Positions 1-8,880 of a stretch of 64,000 nucleotides of DNA are shown piece by piece. The notes beneath the pieces were generated by a model. It had not been told where the DNA came from and ran no database searches. It saw only the letters and a list, made by a program, of their open reading frames with translations. The stretch spans positions 33,872-97,871 of the forward strand of contig JBDHQH010000002.1 in the NCBI GenBank assembly GCA_039806935.1. Direction: 5' to 3'. The DNA is from Verrucomicrobiota bacterium. GTDB lineage: Bacteria; Verrucomicrobiota; Verrucomicrobiia; Limisphaerales; UBA8199. The stretch's first letter is position 1. Each line of letters begins with the position of its first letter. The translations under genes were made by a program, and so were the position numbers.

Positions 1-1810
1 GCTCGCGCGCGCTCAGGCGCCATTGTTGGCCAGGATGCTCCAGACGATGGCCGGCCCCTCGGGGATCCGCGAAGGAGGAGGTCTGCAAATGCTCGCGCAG
101 ATCAATCTCAAAGCGGCTGTGCCAGCGCACCAGCTTGCGCCAGAAAAGCACCGCGAGGGCCACGGCCGTCCCGAGCAAGGCGAGCACCCCCCAGCGCGAC
201 AGCCCCTCGAACGGAACGAACATCGAGAGCCACACCAACACCGCGACATAGGCGGCGCCCCGAAGCAGGGTTTCAAAAGCCGATTTTAATCGGGTCCGGT
301 GCCGGCGCCCGCGCGTGGCGGCCTCCGCACAGATCATCGCCACCGCCTCGATCATCCGCCAAAGGGCCACCAGCGGCATGATCAGCAAGCCCAGGTAAGC
401 GCCCCAGAACAACGCCGGCAGTCCCACAGGTCCGGCCCAGTCCGGCGAAAGCCACTTCTCAGCCAGCCGGTAGGCCGGCGGGGCAAGAATCAACAAGCCG
501 GAAATGAACAACACCTGGATCACGATTTGCGCCCAGCGCGGCCCGGTCAGTTTCCAGAACAGGCTGGAGCGTTGCCGATGCCGGAAGCTCTCGATCCAAT
601 CGTGATAAAAACGCGCCGCTTTCACCGCAAATTCGGGCTGGAGCCGCTCGAATTGGACGCTGAACCACTCCGGACGGCGGATGAGGACGGGCGTGGCGAC
701 GGTGCTGAGCAGGCAGAGCGCGATGGCCAGTGCGTAAAACCAATCCGGCACCAGGGCGGCCTGGACTGCCACCAGGGCGATCACGAGCGAGAACTCGCCG
801 ATTGGCGTCAGGCAAACGCTGGAGCGGACCGCGTCTCCCGCGCGACGTCCGATCAGCAGCAGAGCCAGGGTGGAGGAGAGGCTTCGCCCCGCCAACGCGA
901 GGCCAAACACCAACAGCGCCACGGGCCAGATGGTTCCCAGCAGCTTGAGATCCAGCAACATGCCGACGGCGACAAAGAAGAGCGCGCCAAACACTTCGCA
1001 CAGGCCGCCCAGGGAACGATCGATGCCGGCCTGGTGACCGGTGCTCGCAATCACGCTGCCCAGCAGGAATGCGCCAATCGCCGCGGGAAAGCCGTTCCGC
1101 GACGAGAGCCAGGCCATTGCCAGCAGCAGTCCGACAAGGAACAGCGGGCGCAACTCCCCCGGGGTGGGGCGATTCAGGCGTTTGAGCAGGGGAGGAACCA
1201 ACAACACCGCAATGATCAGCATCGCCGCCATGACCGCAACCAGGCGCAGGCTGGTCTCCACCAGCGCCGCGGCGCCCATGGACGCCGAGCGGTGGACCAG
1301 CGTCAGCACCGTCAACATGATCACCGCCACGAGATCGTCCAGGGCGGTCAGGCTCAGCGCCGCCTGGCCATAACCGCTGTGGATGGCGTTGTTCTCCCGC
1401 AGGGTTTTGCCGATGATGGCCGTGCTGGAGACCATCAGCATGCTCGCGAGCACCAGGCCGTAAATTGCGGGCCAGCCCAAGGCATGCCCGAGCAGGCGGC
1501 TGCCATTGAACACCAGTACGGCAATGACCAGGGCGGCCAACACCAGCGGCAAGCCGACGGACTTGAGCTTTTGCAGCGGGAGACCCTGGCCGATCTGAAA
1601 AACCAGAAAGACCAGACCCACCTGAGCCAGGGAATGAATCTGGCTGGTGTCTTTGATCAGCGCGAAAAGCGGCGTATGCGGGCCCAGCAGAATGCCGGCG
1701 GAAATATAACCGAGGAGAAGCGGCAGGCCCAACCGCCGGCAAATCCAGCCGGCAGCCGTGGCCGCCAGCATCACCAGCCCTAAATCCTGGATGAAATCGA
1801 TGCCAACCAT
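1..1810 (-). CDS. Cation:proton antiporter (CPA2/Kef-like), C-terminus runs off the left edge
   Basis: Missing from the ORF track because it is edge-truncated. The minus frame from ATG at 1810 (MVGIDFIQDLGLVMLAATAAGWICRRLGLPLLLGYISAGILLGPHTP...) stays open to position 2. It is a long multi-TM hydrophobic sequence. The listed 299..1783(+) and 459..1961(-) ORFs are R/G/P-rich shadows. Confidence 0.85.
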   Translation of the reverse strand, partial: MVGIDFIQDLGLVMLAATAAGWICRRLGLPLLLGYISAGILLGPHTPLFALIKDTSQIHSLAQVGLVFLVFQIGQGLPLQKLKSVGLPLVLAALVIAVLVFNGSRLLGHALGWPAIYGLVLASMLMVSSTAIIGKTLRENNAIHSGYGQAALSLTALDDLVAVIMLTVLTLVHRSASMGAAALVETSLRLVAVMAAMLIIAVLLVPPLLKRLNRPTPGELRPLFLVGLLLAMAWLSSRNGFPAAIGAFLLGSVIASTGHQAGIDRSLGGLCEVFGALFFVAVGMLLDLKLLGTIWPVALLVFGLALAGRSLSSTLALLLIGRRAGDAVRSSVCLTPIGEFSLVIALVAVQAALVPDWFYALAIALCLLSTVATPVLIRRPEWFSVQFERLQPEFAVKAARFYHDWIESFRHRQRSSLFWKLTGPRWAQIVIQVLFISGLLILAPPAYRLAEKWLSPDWAGPVGLPALFWGAYLGLLIMPLVALWRMIEAVAMICAEAATRGRRHRTRLKSAFETLLRGAAYVAVLVWLSMFVPFEGLSRWGVLALLGTAVALAVLFWRKLVRWHSRFEIDLREHLQTSSFADPRGAGHRLEHPGQQWRLSARE

Positions 1811-2034
1811 AATTGGAAGCAAGCCGTCGCCCCCTCACCTTAGCGAATGTGATGCCAATCGGCCAGTCCGCAGGAAACGTTCGGAAACCACAGCGACTCA
1901 GAGCTTTTATCGGCCGGCGGTGATTTCCAGCGGAATCTTTTATGCCGGCGTTGGTTAACATTGTGCCGTCCGGGAAGGGGTGATTACCGATAAGCCGAGG
2001 AAAAACAAGAGGGCAGGCCGTGATCAGTGAATCT

Positions 2035-2076
2035 CTTGACGCAAGTCAAGGATTCTGGCGCGGCGACCTCTACAGT
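2035..2076 (+). promoter_or_regulatory. FNR/CRP-family-type palindrome CTTGAC-N4-GTCAAG plus -10-like TACAGT upstream of the molybdoenzyme operon
   Basis: Perfect 6-bp inverted arms at 2035-2040 and 2045-2050, resembling the TTGAT-N4-ATCAA / TTGAC-N4-GTCAA class. TACAGT lies at 2071-2076. The palindrome centre is 41.5 bp upstream of the A of ATG 2084. Confidence 0.4.
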
Positions 2077-2083
2077 GGCGGGC

Positions 2084-3631
2084 ATGCGAACTCCGCGCCG
2101 ACTCATGGACTGGCTGAGCTTGACGGTGGTATGCGCCTCCGCGCCTGGTTTGATGGCGACGAGTGTGACGGCTGCGTCGCTCGAGGCTGGCAAAACGATT
2201 TATCTCCAGCACTGCGCCGCCTGTCACGGTGATGGCGGCGACGGCAACGGGCCGGCCTCGGTCTGGCTTTTTCCCCGGCCGCGCAACTTCAGCGCCGGCC
2301 TGTTCAAAATCAAATCAACACCCGGAATGGAGTTGCCGTCCGACCAGGACCTCCTGGATACGGTCACGCGCGGCATGCCGGGCAGTTCCATGCCGAGCTT
2401 CACCTATCTGGCCGAGCGCGAACGCCGGGATGCCGTGGAATACGTCAAATTTCTCACCGCTTACACCAATGACGCAGGCAACCGGGTGAATCGGTTCGAA
2501 CAGGCCCAGGCCGGCGGCGTCAGTTCGCAAGCGATCCAGATCCCGCCGGAACCGCCGGTAACGGTGCAATCGCTGGCCGACGGAGCCCACCTTTTTACCA
2601 AGCTGAATTGCGTGATGTGCCACGGCGAGACCGGCGCCGGCGATGGGCCCAATGCTTCGACCTTAAAAGACACTCAGGGCCTCTATTTGCCGCCGCGGGA
2701 CTTTAGCACCGGAGCGTTTCGTGGCGGCCATACCGGCCGGGATTTGTTCACGCGGATCGCGGTGGGTCTGCCGGGAACTCCGATGGTGGCTTTTGACAAT
2801 CAGGTCATGACAGATCGGGAGCGCTGGTCGCTGGTGCATTACATTCAATCCCTCCGGCGGAAGGACGTGGAAATCAACGACCTTTTGGCGCCCGTGGACG
2901 ACCGCATACGCGCCCCGCGAGTTCGGGGCAAGTTGCCGGTCGAGTTGACTGATCCGGCCTGGGAGCGGATGGATCCCGTTCGCGTGGCTCTGAATCCACT
3001 GTGGCCGGAAAAAGATACGATTTACGCGGTGGCGGTGCGCGCGGCGCATGACGGCAAGCGCCTGGCGGTGCTTTGCACGTGGAAAGATCCGATTCCCGAC
3101 GGGGCGCCGGTGCGAGTGCAGGATTTTCAGGATGCCATGGCATTGCAATTCGCGATGGATGGGAGCCCCTCGTTCCTGGGCATGGGGGACGCGACTCACC
3201 TGGTCAATATCTGGCAATGGAAAGCCGGATGGCAGCAGGAGGCGGACGGGAGGCGCGCGGACATGGCCGAGTTGTACCCCGCGATGCACACGGACACCTA
3301 TTTCGCCACCAGCTACCGGACGGCGCGTGACGCGGGAAACGCGGTTTCCCGCCCGCATCTCTCGCCGGTCGAGGATGCCAATGCGCGCGGCTTCGGCACC
3401 TTCAAATCCCAATCGCCCGCCGGGCAGAACGTCAGCGGGCGGGGTGTTTGGCGGGACGGCTCCTGGAGCGTGGTGTTTGTGCGGACGTTGAAGTCCCGGG
3501 AGGCGGAGGACGTGAAGCTCGCCATCGGCAAGCCGGTCCCCGTCGCTTTCGCCGTATGGGATGGACAAAACCGCGACCGTAATGGGCGCAAAGTCGTCAG
3601 CAACTGGCATCAACTTATTCTGGAACCCTGA
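2084..3631 (+). CDS. Gamma-type electron-transfer subunit: N-terminal dihaem cytochrome c fused to an EB_dh/DOMON-like haem-b domain
   Basis: Sec-type signal MRTPRRLMDWLSLTVVCASAPGLMATSVTAAS. Two CxxCH motifs: CAACH at 2213-2227 and CVMCH at 2609-2623. The C-terminal half (DFQDAMALQFAMDG...IWQWKAGW...VAFAVWDGQNRDRNGRKVVSNWHQL) looks like ethylbenzene-dehydrogenase gamma/NxrC-type domains. The ORF opens at GTG 2027, but ATG 2084 gives the better signal peptide. Confidence 0.8.
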   Translation: MRTPRRLMDWLSLTVVCASAPGLMATSVTAASLEAGKTIYLQHCAACHGDGGDGNGPASVWLFPRPRNFSAGLFKIKSTPGMELPSDQDLLDTVTRGMPGSSMPSFTYLAERERRDAVEYVKFLTAYTNDAGNRVNRFEQAQAGGVSSQAIQIPPEPPVTVQSLADGAHLFTKLNCVMCHGETGAGDGPNASTLKDTQGLYLPPRDFSTGAFRGGHTGRDLFTRIAVGLPGTPMVAFDNQVMTDRERWSLVHYIQSLRRKDVEINDLLAPVDDRIRAPRVRGKLPVELTDPAWERMDPVRVALNPLWPEKDTIYAVAVRAAHDGKRLAVLCTWKDPIPDGAPVRVQDFQDAMALQFAMDGSPSFLGMGDATHLVNIWQWKAGWQQEADGRRADMAELYPAMHTDTYFATSYRTARDAGNAVSRPHLSPVEDANARGFGTFKSQSPAGQNVSGRGVWRDGSWSVVFVRTLKSREAEDVKLAIGKPVPVAFAVWDGQNRDRNGRKVVSNWHQLILEP

Positions 3632-3647
3632 GAACTCCCCCCAAACC

Positions 3648-6600
3648 ATGAACCATAATCTTTCCCGCCGTGACTTCATCCAGCGCAGCGGCCTCGCGGG
3701 CGCCGGCATCGCCGCCGCGCAAATGCTGCCCCTTCGTTTTTTGCAGGCCCAGACGGCCGAAGAACTGGCGAACCCGCTGGCGCATTACCCCAGCCGGGAT
3801 TGGGAGAAGCTTTACCGGAACCAATACGCCTACGACCACACCTTCTCCTGGGTGTGCGCCCCCAACGACACGCATAATTGCCGCATCACGGCGCAGGTGC
3901 GGAACGGCGTCATCGTCCGGCTGGGCGAGGAGTACGACGTCGATACCTACTCGGACATTTATGGCAATCACGCCACAGCCAACTGGGGCAACCGGCATTG
4001 CGCCAAAGGCTATACTTTCCATCGCATTCTTTACGGTCCTTACCGGCTCAAGCACCCCATCGTGCGCCGGGGATGGAAGCGCTGGGCCGACGCGGGTTTT
4101 CCGGAACTGACCCCCGAGGTCAAGGCCAAGTACCTTTTTGATTCGCGGGGGACGGACAAATTTGAGCGGATTTCCTGGGACGACGCCCTCTCCTATATCG
4201 CCCGGGCCATGAAGGCCATCGCCGTGAGATACAGTGGCGAGGCGGGCGCCCAACGGCTTGAGGCGCAAGGCTACCCCAAGGAGATGATCGAAGACATGGG
4301 CGGGGCCGGCACCCGCACCATTAAAATGCGCGGCGGGATGGGATTGCTCGGCGTGCTGGGCAAATACGGCATGTACCGGCTCTGCAACTCGCTGGCGTTG
4401 CTGGACGTCCACGTCCGCGGGGTGAAACCGGAGGAGGCCAGGGCGGGCCGCATCTGGTCCAATTACACCTGGCATGGCGATCAGGCGCCCGGCCATCCCT
4501 GGGTGCATGGGCTGCAGAATAGCGAATGTGATTTCAATGATCTGCGCAACGCCAAGCTGATCATCATGAACGGCAAGAACCTGGTGGAGAACAAAATGGC
4601 GGATGCCCACTGGTTCATCGAGTGCATGGAGCGCGGGGCTAAAATTGTCGTGATCGCGCCTGAATATGGCGCCCCCTCCACCAAGGCCGATTACTGGATC
4701 CCGGTGCGGCCGTCCACCGATGCCGCGCTGTGGCTTGGAGTGACGCGTTTGATGATCGACAAGGGCTGGTATGACGCGGTGTTCGTGAAACAATTCACCG
4801 ATTTTCCGCTCCTGATCCGCACCGACAATCTTCAGCGGCTGCGCGCCGCCGAGGTGTTCCCGAACTACACCAGCCGACTGCCGGAGGACAGTCCCAGCAA
4901 GAAAGTCCAGGGATTGACGGATGAGCAGCATCAGAAGCTGGGAGATTTCGTGGTCTGGGATGCCGCCGAGGACGCGCCGAAGGCGTTGACTCGGGACATG
5001 GTCGGCAAGACCCTCGCGCAATCCGGCATTGATCCGAGGTTGGACTTCCGCGGCCGGGTGAAGCTGGCGGACGGCAGCGAGGTTGAGGCGGCCACAGCCT
5101 GGAGCTTGTATCAGGTGCATCTCAAAGATTACGATCTGGACACGGTTGCCGAGATCACCTCCGCGCCCAAAGAGTTGGTGGAACAACTGGCCCGGGATCT
5201 CGCCACCATCAAGCCGGCGGCGATTCACCAGGGGGAAGGCATTAATCACTGGTTCCATGCGACCGAGGCCAATCGTGCGGCTTATCTGCCGCTGATGCTG
5301 ACGGGGAACATCGGCAAACCCGGGACCGGCTGCCACGGGTGGGCAGGCAATTATAAGGCGGCGCTGTTCCAAGGCAGCAAACTGACCGGTTGGGGCTTCA
5401 AAGGCTGGGTGGCGGAGGATCCCTTCGAGCAAAATCTGGATCCGCGGGCGCATGGACGCGAGGTGAAAGCGCACGCTTACACGAAGGACGAGGAACCGGC
5501 CTACTGGAACCATGGCGACCGTCCGTTGATTGTGGATACGCCCAAGGAGGGACGGAAGTGTTTCACGGGCAAATCCCACATGCCCACGCCCACCAAGGCG
5601 ATTTTCACCACCAACGTGAATCTGATCAACAACGCCAAATGGGCGTATGGGATGATCAAAAACGTCAACCCCAACGTGGAACTGATTGTCACGATGGATA
5701 CTCAGATGACCGCGTCGGTGGAGTATTCCGATTTTGGTTTGCCGGCCAATTCCTGGGTGGAATTTCAGGACCTCGAGGTGACGGCGAGCTGCTCGAATCC
5801 GTTTCTGCAAATCTGGAAGGGCGGCATCAAGCCGCTTTACGATTCGCGGGATGACCTGTCGATTCTCGCGGGAATCGCGGCGGCTCTGGGCAAGCTGACC
5901 GGCGACAAGCGGTTCCACTCGCACTTCAAGTTCGAGCACGAAGGCAAGCGCGGGATATATATCCAGCGGCTGCTGGATACCTCGACGACGACCGCCGGCT
6001 ACCAGCTTGATGACATCATGGCAGGGAAGTATGGGCCGCCCGGCGGCGCCCTGATGCTTTTCCGCTCCTATCCGCGGATTCCCTTCTACGAGCAGGTCCA
6101 GGATGCGTATCCTTTCTATACCGACACCGGCCGGCTGCATTCGTACAGCGATGATCCAACGGCGCTTGCCTGCGGGGAAAACTTCATCGTTCATCGCGAA
6201 GGACCCGAGGCGACCCCGTATTTGCCAAATGTCATTATCAGCTCGAACCCGCTGGTGCGGCCCAATGATTACGGAATTCCTCTCGATGCCGAGCATTGGG
6301 ACGAGCGAACGGTGCGCAATGTGAAGCTGCCCTGGGCGGAGGCCAGGAAGACCACCAACTTCCTTTGGAAGGACGGCTATCAGTTCTATTGCCTGACCCC
6401 CAAATCACGCCATAGTGTTCACTCTTCCTGGGCGAATGTGGACTGGCATCTGATCTGGAACTCCAATTTCGGCGATCCGTATCGGTTGGACAAGCGCCTG
6501 CCGAATGTCGGCGAGCACCAGATCCATATGAACCCGCAGGCGGCTCGCGACCTGGGCATCAAAGATGGAGATTACGTATATGTGGACGCCAATCCGGCGG

Positions 6601-7121
6601 ATCGTCCCTACCTCGGCGCGACCCCTTCCGATCCGTTTTACAAGGTCAGCCGGCTGATGCTGCGCTGCACCTATAACTCGGCTTATCCGTATAACGTCGT
6701 GATGATGAAGCACGGTTCGTTCATCGCCACGGAGAAGACGGTGAAGGCGCAGCAGACGCGGCCGGACGGACTCTCCCTGACCGAAGAGGGCTACATCTCG
6801 AATTTTCGCTTCGGCTCCCAGCAGTCGGTTACCCGCAACTGGCACATGCCCATGCACCAAACCGATACCTTGTTTCACAAAACCAAGGCCATGATGGGCT
6901 TTATTTTCGGCGGGGAAGCCGATAACCACGCGGTAAACACAGTGCCCAAGGAATGTTTGATCAGCGTCACCAAGGCGGAGGATGGCGGCCTGGGCGGCAA
7001 AGGCCCCTGGAAACCCGGCCTGAACGGCATGGCTCCCGACGCCGAGAATGAAACCATGAAAAAGTACCTCGCGGGCGACTTCACCGGAACCGGCGGTCCC
7101 GCGGCGCAAGGTTTCGAGTAG
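3648..7121 (+). CDS. Molybdopterin (bis-MGD) oxidoreductase alpha subunit, type II DMSO reductase family, NarG/NxrA-like, Tat-exported
   Basis: Twin-arginine signal MNHNLSRRDFIQRSGLAGAGIAAA. The N-terminus aligns by eye with E. coli NarG (RDWE...; FS0 region; YTWHGDQAP matches WYCDLPPASP, with a conserved Asp at 4479-4481). Length is 1157 aa. The antisense 3615..6296 ORF is a shadow. Confidence 0.9.
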   Translation: MNHNLSRRDFIQRSGLAGAGIAAAQMLPLRFLQAQTAEELANPLAHYPSRDWEKLYRNQYAYDHTFSWVCAPNDTHNCRITAQVRNGVIVRLGEEYDVDTYSDIYGNHATANWGNRHCAKGYTFHRILYGPYRLKHPIVRRGWKRWADAGFPELTPEVKAKYLFDSRGTDKFERISWDDALSYIARAMKAIAVRYSGEAGAQRLEAQGYPKEMIEDMGGAGTRTIKMRGGMGLLGVLGKYGMYRLCNSLALLDVHVRGVKPEEARAGRIWSNYTWHGDQAPGHPWVHGLQNSECDFNDLRNAKLIIMNGKNLVENKMADAHWFIECMERGAKIVVIAPEYGAPSTKADYWIPVRPSTDAALWLGVTRLMIDKGWYDAVFVKQFTDFPLLIRTDNLQRLRAAEVFPNYTSRLPEDSPSKKVQGLTDEQHQKLGDFVVWDAAEDAPKALTRDMVGKTLAQSGIDPRLDFRGRVKLADGSEVEAATAWSLYQVHLKDYDLDTVAEITSAPKELVEQLARDLATIKPAAIHQGEGINHWFHATEANRAAYLPLMLTGNIGKPGTGCHGWAGNYKAALFQGSKLTGWGFKGWVAEDPFEQNLDPRAHGREVKAHAYTKDEEPAYWNHGDRPLIVDTPKEGRKCFTGKSHMPTPTKAIFTTNVNLINNAKWAYGMIKNVNPNVELIVTMDTQMTASVEYSDFGLPANSWVEFQDLEVTASCSNPFLQIWKGGIKPLYDSRDDLSILAGIAAALGKLTGDKRFHSHFKFEHEGKRGIYIQRLLDTSTTTAGYQLDDIMAGKYGPPGGALMLFRSYPRIPFYEQVQDAYPFYTDTGRLHSYSDDPTALACGENFIVHREGPEATPYLPNVIISSNPLVRPNDYGIPLDAEHWDERTVRNVKLPWAEARKTTNFLWKDGYQFYCLTPKSRHSVHSSWANVDWHLIWNSNFGDPYRLDKRLPNVGEHQIHMNPQAARDLGIKDGDYVYVDANPADRPYLGATPSDPFYKVSRLMLRCTYNSAYPYNVVMMKHGSFIATEKTVKAQQTRPDGLSLTEEGYISNFRFGSQQSVTRNWHMPMHQTDTLFHKTKAMMGFIFGGEADNHAVNTVPKECLISVTKAEDGGLGGKGPWKPGLNGMAPDAENETMKKYLAGDFTGTGGPAAQGFE

Positions 7122-7137
7122 CGCCGCCCAGCCCTGG

Positions 7138-7431
7138 ATGCTTATGCCCAAAGACGAATTTGATTTCGAGGATCCGCTGGAATTGAACGGCGTGGCGTTC
7201 CTGACCGGCGAGGATACCACGGATGCCATGTGCGAATGTTTCATCGAGGAATTCATGCGCCTGGGGCACAGTCCGGAGCAACTTCTGGCGCTCTTTCGCA
7301 ATCCATACTACCTCGGCCTGCACATGGTGCTGGAGCAGCGCGGCGAAGCGTTTGTCCGTGAGCGCATCACGGAAGTCTTCGCGCGATGGGGCAGGGCGCA
7401 CAGCAATCAGCAATCACAAAACAAAGCATGA
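7138..7431 (+). CDS. Small acidic hypothetical protein (97 aa) between the alpha and beta subunits
   Basis: ATG lies 16 nt after the alpha stop. Its stop overlaps the beta ATG as ATGA (7428-7431), implying translational coupling. Composition is unbiased and protein-like (MLMPKDEFDFEDPLELNGVAFLTGEDTTDAMCECFIEEF...). Confidence 0.6.
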   Translation: MLMPKDEFDFEDPLELNGVAFLTGEDTTDAMCECFIEEFMRLGHSPEQLLALFRNPYYLGLHMVLEQRGEAFVRERITEVFARWGRAHSNQQSQNKA

Positions 7432-8699
7432 GCAACGTACTCAACTGGCAACTGGGCCGCGACATGGACTATCCCTATGAGGCGGCCTACCCGGATCAGC
7501 AGTTTGCCTTTGTGTTCAACCTGAACCGCTGCATCGGTTGCCAGAGTTGCACAATGGCCTGCAAATCGACGTGGACCTTCTCCCGCGGGCAGGAGAACAT
7601 GTGGTGGAACAACGTCGAGACCAAACCCTACGGCGGCTATCCGCATCATTGGGATGTGAAGATCCTGGATCTTCTCGAACGGGCCAACCCGGGCGGCCAA
7701 ACCTGGGATCCGGACGCCAAAGACGCGAAAGGGCCTTACGGCAAATTCAACGGCAAGACGATTTTTGAAGCCGCCCGGATGAATGTCAGCCCCGAAGGCG
7801 CGCAGCGGGCGCTGGGGTACCTGCCCGCGGATGAAGAGTGGTCCGCACCGAATCGGTATGAGGATCATCCGGTCGGAGCGGAGAAGGGTGTGAAGGGGCA
7901 GGGCTTTAAAGGCGGCGAGGCGCTGCCGCAGCACAAGACCTGGTTTTTCTATCTGGCGCGCATTTGCAACCACTGCTCCTACCCCGCCTGCCTGGCGGCG
8001 TGTCCGCGGAACGCGATCTACAAGCGGCCCGAGGACGGCATTGTCTTGATCGATCAGGAGCGCTGTCGCGGCTATCGCAAGTGCATGGAGGCCTGCCCTT
8101 ATAAGAAAAGTCTTTACCGAGGCACCACTCGAACCAGCGAAAAGTGCATTGGTTGCTTCCCGCGGGTCGAGGGCCGGGATCAGCAGGGCGGCGGTTTGCC
8201 CATGCAGACCCGCTGCATGGCAGCTTGCATCGGCCACATCCGGCTCCAGGGGCTGGTGGAAATGAACCGGGATGGCACTTGGAAAGAGAATCGCCAAAGC
8301 CCGCTCTACTATCTGGTGCATGTGGCCAAGGTGGCCTTGCCCATCTATCCGCAGTTCGGCACCGAACCCAACGGTTATTACATTCCCCCGCGGTGGGTGC
8401 CGCGCGGGTATCTCCGGCAGATGTTCGGCCCGGGGGTGGATGCGGCCGTGGAGAAATACAGTGCGCCCGACCGCGAACTACTTGCGGTTTTGCAGCTTTT
8501 TGGCAAAGATCATCGCATCTGCCACCACTACGAAATCAAGGAGGGGCCGAAGGTGTTTGAAACCGAGATTCGCGGAAAGAAGTTCGAGATGTACAACGAC
8601 ACCATCATCGGCTACGCGAAAGATGGAACGAAAATCATTGAAACCACCGTGGAAGAACCCATCCACATTCGGCCGGATAAGCATGCGAACTCCATCTGA
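7428..8699 (+). CDS. Iron-sulfur beta subunit, NarH/NxrB-like (four Fe-S cluster motifs)
   Basis: CIGCQSCTMACK, CNHCSYPACLAACP, CRGYRKCMEACPY and CIGCFPR, plus a WWNNVETKP motif as in NarH. At about 423 aa it is shorter than the cytoplasmic 512-aa NarH. Confidence 0.9.
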   Translation: MSNVLNWQLGRDMDYPYEAAYPDQQFAFVFNLNRCIGCQSCTMACKSTWTFSRGQENMWWNNVETKPYGGYPHHWDVKILDLLERANPGGQTWDPDAKDAKGPYGKFNGKTIFEAARMNVSPEGAQRALGYLPADEEWSAPNRYEDHPVGAEKGVKGQGFKGGEALPQHKTWFFYLARICNHCSYPACLAACPRNAIYKRPEDGIVLIDQERCRGYRKCMEACPYKKSLYRGTTRTSEKCIGCFPRVEGRDQQGGGLPMQTRCMAACIGHIRLQGLVEMNRDGTWKENRQSPLYYLVHVAKVALPIYPQFGTEPNGYYIPPRWVPRGYLRQMFGPGVDAAVEKYSAPDRELLAVLQLFGKDHRICHHYEIKEGPKVFETEIRGKKFEMYNDTIIGYAKDGTKIIETTVEEPIHIRPDKHANSI

Positions 8700-8880
8700 G
8701 GAACCGGATCGCACAGTGGAAGGGCCAAGCCGCGAGTGGGCCGCGCGTCCGGCCAGGGCGGCGCGCTCCATCTTCGGAAATTACACCGCACCGGAGGAGA
8801 GTACCCAGGACGAATCGCCAGCGGCGCCGGCCAATCCCTTTCCGGGTTCAGGGCCGCTGCAAGCCGGTATTGATTCAGCG

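Noticed and set aside
299-1961. Track ORFs of 494 aa (+) and 500 aa (-)
   Set aside because: Their translations are R/G/P/Q/H-rich junk. A third, edge-truncated minus frame encodes a convincing multi-TM antiporter, so these are high-GC shadow ORFs.
3615-6296. 893-aa minus-strand ORF antisense to the molybdoenzyme alpha subunit
   Set aside because: It has biased composition and no motifs, while the plus strand carries clear NarG-like motifs and a Tat signal.
8272-8880. 5' part of the 450-aa ORF overlapping the beta subunit gene
   Set aside because: It lies out of frame over a gene with four Fe-S motifs. Only the portion from 8683 or 8881 onward is plausible as the chaperone.
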